Assembly: GCA_009103225.1 (NCBI GenBank)
Contig: RHPI01001819.1
Coordinates: forward strand, 124,001-188,000
Length of the DNA stretch: 64,000 bases
Origin: Chlorokybus atmophyticus
Taxonomy: Eukaryota > Plantae > Mesostigma and Chlorokybus algae
Reading direction: 5' to 3'
The position numbers and the translations under genes are program-made. Positions within the stretch are counted from its first letter, which is position 1, and each line of letters starts with the position of its first letter. Below, piece after piece: positions 56,560-64,000 of the stretch. Under the pieces are notes generated by a model. The model was not told where the DNA came from and did not search any database. It saw only the letters and a program-made list of their open reading frames with translations.

Positions 56560-58870
56560 ACTCATACACATAATACAACACTCACAAGCGCGCCTCTACC
56601 GCTCCTCCTCTGTCTTGAGATGCCACGGACATGGCGCCCAATCCTTCGACTGCAACCTTATGCTCTCGCGCCAAGTAACACCATTTGCGCACATGTATCC
56701 ATGATCACGTGCTCTGGGGTGTACACGTTCAGTTGCAAATGACCATGATCTTGTCCACCGTTGCCGCCATTGCGGACATTGTTGGCAACAACATGAAACC
56801 TCGCATCCAGTCTCAACGCTGCCGACAAGTGCAGCTGCACCGGCGCTTCCATCACCTCCGTGTGCATGCCGTTTGCTACCTTCACAATGGGTACATCCAC
56901 CTTCAGCGCTTGCTCACCAGCCGCCACTGCATGGAGCTTCTCTGCTTCACGTATGACTGCCCCAAACTCCTCCTCACTCCTCTTTACATCTGCCTCAGAA
57001 TCGAAAGTGACTTGCGTAGCTGCGCGCGCTGTTGCAGGCTTCAATATTTGCGCCAACACGCACTCCGATCGCTCCAAAGTGCAGCCAACATCCTTCAGCG
57101 TCAATATGGGCTGGTGGAGAAGCGTTTCCGCCAGCTTATGAACTTCACTTGCATCCGCGTGCGCCGCCGTTGTCACCTTCATGTTGTGCGCATGTAGGGC
57201 TGACTTGCGCACTGGCCGTCTCCAACATAAATGCCAAACCTTTACGGACTGCATCTTCCTCTCATTCACATGGTTCTTCACATCAATGCGCATGTTGTCA
57301 TGCTGATCCATCCTCATGAACGTTCTCACCAAAGGCAATGTCAACGCCGTCGACGCCAACCCCTCTATGGCTGGCGCATGCGCATGGCCTCCCGCCGTCG
57401 CCGTCACATGTGCAAATGTCGCGCGTGGACGTGCACCGGCTAGTGTACATGCTTCCTCATGACGCTCGACAACTTTACACACCTCCAGGCTGCAACGCGG
57501 ACCCCTTTGCCTTGCATGTCGGGTGATACCGCCGCCGTAGGTGCTAAAGCAGAGCGCGCAGTCCCCGTAGCTGCCGTAGCCGTCATCGGGCTGCACAACG
57601 CCGCACTATACGCCAAGTATACGTATGCACCTCCATCCTCATCCTATTGGGCACCCTTTGCTTGGCTTCCAGCTGCGTGGAGAGCCCCGCCAGTGCCGCC
57701 TTCAACTCTGCTACCTCGGCAACGTGTGCGGACACCTCCCTTGCACGCGCCAGCTCTTTGTGGCTTTGTGATCTTCCCAGCGGAGCTGAATGTGCTGCCA
57801 TGGACATCACCTTGCCGCTCAGCACGTCCGCGTGCAAGTGCGGATGCTTGCTCCAATACGCATTGTCATCATGGCCCGCCTTCCTACAACACGAACACAC
57901 AAGACCTTGCCTTGTTGCACACTACTTGGAGCTATGTGTCCAGCCTCTCCAACACACTCCCATATGCTGCTCCTCATGCCGTGCACTCATGGGAACACCG
58001 TTTGCAACCATCATACTCCTCACAGGGGCTGATTTAGTGACTGTAGGTTGCCCTCCATCGCGCCGACTAGCATTGGTGCGCTTGGTAGCTCCCAATAGCT
58101 ACATCGCCATGCCTTCCACTATTGAACCAATGCTCTTATTATACTCTTGCTGCCATTTGGCGTTTTCGGTTGCAACGAAGACATCACGAAGCATGTAACC
58201 CGCGCCTTGACGTGCTCCTCTCAACACGGTTTATACCGCCTCCATCATGCCATCCTTCAACGCACGCAACTACAACACCGCGGCCATCTCATCCGACACA
58301 ACTTTATGCTCTGTGTCCTCCAACAACTTCACCATCCTCGTTTGCATCATGCGTGGGGTCTGATCATCCTCGCTTGAAGTACAGCAGCTTTATCAACTCC
58401 CCATGCGTTAATCGCGGATATGTTGATGTCAACACCACCATGAACTCTTTCACAGGATGCACCTTCTCCCACTTCTCCAACTCAATCCATGATAAGCTCT
58501 ACACCCCTCTTCTCGTGCCTTCAATTTCCTCTTTGCCAAATTCAGTGAACTCAATTCAGTGAACTCCCTCCGCGTGCCCAAAGCTTCATCCTCTAAAAGC
58601 TCGGGCATAATCTTAAATGCTTTGTGCTCATTCCATGACTATCACGTGCCAACTAGCTGATCCTACGACACTCGAACCGTCGTTGATGTCACTAGCTGGC
58701 TCGTCCTCGAGATCTCTTTTGCTCGGCAGAGTAGGCACCTCCTTCCCAAGCAATGCTCCTCTCTTCTCCAAGGGGACTTCAAGCTCCTTCAGACCAGCTC
58801 CTGACCTTGTTTCCACGTGCATCTCACGTCCTCCACAAATACCCCCACACCCTTATTCAATGAGTTGAGC
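56560..58870 (-). mobile_element. Degenerate LTR-retrotransposon gag-protease remnant
   Basis: Minus strand shows a stop-riddled gag-like region, a degenerate zinc knuckle CSCCRKAGHDDNAY (~57830-57900) and an aspartic-protease-like VIMDTCAQMVLLG (DTG>DTC, ~56671-56710). No RT or integrase recognised. Confidence 0.55.
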
Positions 58871-59251
58871 GCAAGTAACAAGCGCGTGTCTTAGCCAACC
58901 TAGACTCAAGCACGGGCTTCTAAACTTGCAATCGGCATGTGATGCACGGGGAGATGAGACCAAGTCCGTTCACAAGGTGTAGCACACGCTCATACACTTT
59001 ACACAAGCACATTCAAGCATGTGCACACTTAAGGCAAGGAAATAACCAAGCCCACGGCCAACCAAGCCTTGAAGCCTCTCCAAGTAGCTATGTACTCTCA
59101 AAGCATCAAGAGATTTGCTCTCAACTGGTGCAATATAAGCCTTGTGTGAGTCAAGTACACTTACATACCCTCCCTACCAAGTATTCACTACCGTGTTAAC
59201 CACTTTAGCCATAACTACCATACAACTCTCAAATCATGTTGTAAGTTAACA

Positions 59252-59607
59252 TGGCACCGACCATCTCGGTCAGCCTAGCGCTGGGCTGACCGAGATGGTG
59301 AGCTCCACATTTGATTACAACAAAAGGCTGAAACCCTCGAGGTCGTGAGTTTAAATTTCAGCCGTGGCAGGTTTCGGCGGCGGTGAAGCCAGCTGATGGG
59401 GACCGGATCAATTTTGGCAGAAAGCGCGAGGCTACCACGCGTTGATTACGCCCCGATAGGGGGCCTCCAAGTAGCGCGGGGGAGGTATAAAATGGGCCTC
59501 AGTAACTCAGCCTTCTTTTGTAACTTGATTAATTTATTAATAATCATAACGTGGCGCCGACCATCTTACTCCGTCGTTAGGCTGACCAAAATGGTCAGCC
59601 TAACGAC
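59252..59607. repeat. Module of three inverted repeats plus a 15-bp direct repeat
   Basis: 16-bp perfect stems at 59260-59275/59284-59299 and 59573-59588/59592-59607; 8-bp stem at 59326-59333/59356-59363; TGGCRCCGACCATCT at 59252 and 59552. Confidence 0.85.
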
Positions 59608-59809
59608 ATTCAGCGTCACGTTAGATTGCAACAAATTGATCACACGTGAGTCCTATTGGCGCAATTGAGTTACATATCGATGTGCTGACTATAACTGAGT
59701 CCCAACTCATGAAGTATGACTTTAAAAGCCTTTATAACTGACTCTGTCATAACGCATTACATGCGTTGCGCCACTGACACGCATGGTACAAGCTTCTTGA
59801 GTGACTACT

Positions 59810-60330
59810 CTTGGGCAATTTAAGGTATCACCAAGTTTGTTTTCCCCTCAATTTCCTCTTCGTCTCCACACCCTGTGGCACCACCACCACCCTCGCACTT
59901 GGACCTTGCATTGCTGCCCTGCAGCTCTACATGCTCCCACAGTTGTGCGCGGTGAAACTCACTCCCACTGCGAGTTACATCCTGCGGAGCCTTCCTTGCA
60001 CAATATTGTGCACAATGCTATATTTCAAGCAGTTACTTGAAGTTTGCCGGCAACGTAATTCGCTCTGCACCGCATCCCAATTGAACTTGAACAAGTTAAG
60101 CAAAGAAGGTGTGAGCTAAGTGCAAGTGTTTCGGAGGTTGTGCACATTCAAGTCCGACTTCTTAACAGCTACAGGGTCATTGACCAAACGCATGCGTGCT
60201 GGGTCATACCATCAGCGACAGTTGCTCAAGCGATTACAAGCGTGTATGTTACTAAAGGTGAACCATGGTAAGTCCGCATGTTTGTGTATCATGTAGCATC
60301 ACCATAATCCGTGCAGCAAGAACTTGAGGG
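59810..60330 (-). mobile_element. Possible decayed tyrosine-recombinase (DIRS/Crypton-like) coding remnant
   Basis: Minus frame with stops reads LKYSIVHNIVQGRLRRM*LAVGVSFTAHNCGSM*SCRAAMQGPSARVV..YLKLP, loosely like the YR C-terminal H-x-x-R..Y region. The catalytic Arg is not preserved. Confidence 0.25.
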
Positions 60331-62219
60331 GAGCGTGCAAACGCCCTCATGTAGATGTTTTCATAAACACCTTATGCATGCGGAAATTCAACATGCTTGG
60401 TGCATACCGCCACTGATGGAGTGCTACTGACCCACTCCAATTCACTCACTAACTATGCCTTGTGTTGTGAATTGTGTGCGAGAGCTTGAACCTTAGAATG
60501 TAAGTTCCATGTTCATAAAACGCTCCACTGCCAGTAGCACGTCACTCATGTTTAAGACATTGCTAACCATGGCACTGTCCACAGGTTCGGAGCTGCCATT
60601 CTTGTGTATTGGTGGTAATGCTGTGGGCCTAATGCACTGCTTTCTACATTGTTTTCGTGTCATGCTCGTTGATCCTGCACGGTAACTCTCACTTGGTTCC
60701 TCGTGCCACTGCAGCTCTGCCCTACACTACTCGTGCATAACTATGGTGTGCTTGTGATGTGTTTGCTTGTTTGTCTTGCTACTGTATTTTGTCCGGCTAG
60801 GCAGGGTCGAGTGCTGACACGCCTTGAGGAACATGATTATAGATGTGTAGACCCTGATGTGTATGCTCATAAAGCAGATGTACATTTACACACGAATGTG
60901 TATATATATACACGGCTAAGTGTTGTGCATTAAAACAAACAAAGTCCCCCCCCCCCTCCCCCCCCTTGTCGCGGACGTTGTGGGTGCGAGGGCTTGTCAC
61001 TCGTATCGAGTCGTGTTGCAGCAGATGCAAACAACCGTAGAGCAAGTCCACAAGCCATCTGTCGATGCTGTGACCACAATTTATTGCACGAGGTCAATGA
61101 TGGCGTTCTCTACTGTTGAGTAAGGCGGATGAGCGTAGCAACGACACAGATACCACACTCTGAATGCGACTAACACACCATCCACATGGGTGTAACCAAG
61201 TCCACCCTCATGGCACAACAGTACCGTGTAAGGTGCGGTACTCGCTCCCACAATGGTGAAGGTTTCTTAGCAACTAGGACAGCTTGCTGTGTACAGTCGT
61301 ACTCCTTTCGCAGCTTGCCGGGCGTACACAACAACAATTCATACCAAGTCCACGCATCGCAAACTCACCCAAGTCTCACATACCACATCGGAACGCAAGT
61401 CTTAACTCGGGATTTCTTACTCGCAGTATCACCAAGTGTACAAGTGTCGGCTACTGCTACTTATACCACTGTGGCGGCACATGAGTTGATGCACATAGTA
61501 AATGACACAGTCCTAGCTATGGACTAGCTGTTCTACTGGTCCATACTATGCTCCAACGGATAGTCGCAAATGCCGCCAAAGGAAGGCGCGGTTGAACTCA
61601 TAGCGGAGGAGCGATCGCGAGGGACCTACGGTGTGCAGTGGCCGGGAGTAGCGCTCGCGGGGACCCTTGGCCGGGAATTGCCAACGGGTCAGCTACGAGT
61701 CGATGCCTATGACAACTGTCTGATAGTGGTTTGGCGTGAACCACTGATTGATGCTGATAATGCGGGGGTGGGACATGGCTATGGGAATGTTCGAGGAGAA
61801 GGAGCCCTCCTGGACGGTTAGCATGACAATTTGCGTATGTACTATGTTCATCAACGATTATGGGCACAATTGGAACCGGGAGCAATGTGATGGTAAGTAC
61901 AAGGGGCTATAGGCTCGCTTGGACACAAGTGTCTTAGCAGTCTAGCGGTTTGGCATGTGCAGGTCAGTGAGGACCCCGTATGTTGTGCATATTGAAGTGT
62001 TGTGTATATTAAGGGTTTGCATGTACAGAAGTAACAGTGTCACGTTGCGATGTATGGTGTTGCAAGGAAAGGGGTACAAGATGAAGCAAGAGTTGTACCA
62101 ATGGACCACATCAGTATTCATCCTGTTCTTGCAGTACATCACATGAATCTGTGCTTTATTGCAAGTCAGCACGCGCATACTACTCATAGACATGGATATA
62201 AAAGGCAACCAGGGCTACC

Positions 62220-63720
62220 TTAGTTCTGCATATTGCTGTAAACAGCACTCTGCACCGAGGACACGGTGGCTAGCAGGCGGCGCTGCGTGTTCACATTGCT
62301 TGTGCGGTGCTTGAACATCTCCATGTCAAACAGTCCTTGAACCTCTGCAGGAACAAGTGAGTTACTTATCCCTGACTGTACACGCCAGCTAAACAATCAC
62401 ATGCAAGATGTAACTCCCTCACCGTATGTATCTGCCATCTTGCGCAGAGTCTGCTCAAACTGCTTGCGAGTTGTGGTCATAACTTGAGACGCTTGAGGCA
62501 CGGTTTGCCCTGCAAGAGAAACACAGAGTGAGTGAAGCAATAGTACAGACACACAATATGCATCAGCGCGAGGATCGTGTGCGTGTGGGTGGGTGTGTCC
62601 CCACTTACCAAGAATGCCAGTTGCTGACTTGGAAAGGCTAGGCAGTGACACGCAGAACGAAGGGTAAGTATGTGCAAGTTGGTGACAGCTCCAAGCTTGA
62701 TACGTTATAGACTAATCAGGAGCTGCACCTGATGGACTTGAAGGCAAAGTCGAGGAAGTACTCGTCGAAGGTGATGATGAGCTCAACGTCCATGCTTGGT
62801 GCAGACAAAGTCAACTCCTGCAGCAATCATCAGAGTCTATAGCCTTCACGAACGAAGCACAACATGTGCACAACTTGAAGCTTCACCTGACCACAAACTT
62901 CAAACCTCGCAACCTTACCGTGCCAACAAGTTCTGCTGTGATACCATTGCCAGCAGGTAGACTGACATGTGTATCATCATCACTCTCATCCTTTGACTTC
63001 ACGGAGGATGGCAATGTGAGCACAGGTGTCCCGTTCTCATGAAACAGCCCACCGTCGGGGCCGAAGGCTGCGATGGCGCCGGGCAGCTTGCCACGGTGCT
63101 GAGCCACAAGAAATGTGCTGTTGTTTTTGGAAGCATCCAAGCTTGGTAGCATGATGCCGATGTCGCTGATGTACGTGCTGTGTGGGAACTTTCCCGTGAG
63201 CGGCGGCTCGGAGAAGTGTGCAGTCAGCCAGAAGGATGAAGCAGGATCATATACCATGACATAGGTACGGCCACTCTTTGTTGGAGTCGCACCTGCACCC
63301 TGTTCAGTATTGCGTGTATCAACACATATGATGCAGGTGGTGATGACCATGACGATGCATCGTTGACATGCCATGTCAACAAGTGTGCGCGCGCGCACAC
63401 ACGCGCATGTGCGTGCGTGCGTGCGCATGTGTGTGCCTATCAGTGTTATGTACTGAGTTGTTTCACACCTGAAAGTCGAAGCCTCTGCCGTCAAAGCCAA
63501 CAAAGTGAGGATCGCATGAAGCTGACGCCAACAAGTTCTTGTTCTTCCTGCGGGCGCCGCAGTCGCACGGATGCGCAGCTACGTAATCTGTCCACAAACA
63601 GGCATGTGAGTTGATGTTGCTGACCTTGTGACACAGAAAGCAACACAGACATACAGGCGCAACAGCCCCTGCGCACACTTTCTTTGCCAAAACGCATCCG
63701 TCGATGCAAAGGCACGCACA
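62220..63720 (-). CDS. VWD/root-cap-like paralog C, 3' part (exons 1-2 not in the window or disrupted)
   Basis: Open exons VSNINSHAC..ASCDPHFVGFDGRGFDFQ, GAGATPTKSGRTYVMVYDPASSFWL.., ELTLSAPSM.., LSKSATGIL, ..EQTLRKMADTY and EVQGLFDME..QRRLLATVSSVQSAVYSNMQN*. Confidence 0.8.
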
Positions 63721-63723
63721 CAT

Positions 63724-63770
<47 letters not shown>

Positions 63771-63774
63771 TAGA

Positions 63775-64000
63775 TAAAGCAGAGCGCGCAGTCCCCGTAG
63801 CTGCCGTAGCCGTCATCGGGCTGCACAACGCCGCACTATACGCCAAGTATACGTATGCACCTCCATCCTCATCCTATTGGGCACCCTTTGCTTGGCTTCC
63901 AGCTGCGTGGAGAGCCCCGCCAGTGCCGCCTTCAACTCTGCTACCTCGGCAACGTGTGCGGACACCTCCCTTGCACGCGCCAGCTCTTTGTGGCTTTGTG
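63775..64000 (-). mobile_element. Second copy of the retroelement segment at 57545-57770, running off the window edge
   Basis: 226 bp that read identical by eye, starting immediately after a (CA)n tract in the intron of paralog C. Confidence 0.85.

Noticed and set aside
59326-59368. tRNA-like 3' half (CTGAAA..AGGTCGTGAGTTTAAATT..GGCA)
   Set aside because: No D-arm or acceptor pairing and no proper TTCGA T-loop; better explained as part of the hairpin module.

Overview
This is eukaryotic nuclear DNA. It has GT-AG introns of roughly 70-150 nt rich in (GT)n/(GC)n/TGCA, GC-rich exons and long microsatellites. Gene content (PPR, F-box/PP2, PhoX-like phosphatase, root-cap/VWD-like secreted proteins, a chromovirus) points to a green alga, possibly an early-diverging streptophyte; that assignment is inference. 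Apparently intact genes: a ~3,100-aa coiled-coil/helical HECT E3 ligase (+, 6687-20420), an orphan secreted protein (-), nuclear poly(A)-binding protein PABN (-), a small acidic hydrophilic protein (-), an F-box/PP2-like protein (-) and a P-type PPR protein (+). The rest is a zone of gene turnover. It holds a secreted-protein pseudogene split by a 1.5-kb insertion with an 8-9-bp target duplication, a PhoX-like pseudogene, an internally deleted chromoviral Gypsy element, and three paralogous CDPH-motif VWD/root-cap-like genes. There is also a MITE-like element, a gag-protease remnant that is partly duplicated, and an unexplained triple-hairpin module at 59.25-59.6 kb. Exon structures were assembled by eye without tools, so boundaries and lengths are approximate. 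No rRNA, tRNA or CRISPR array was seen.
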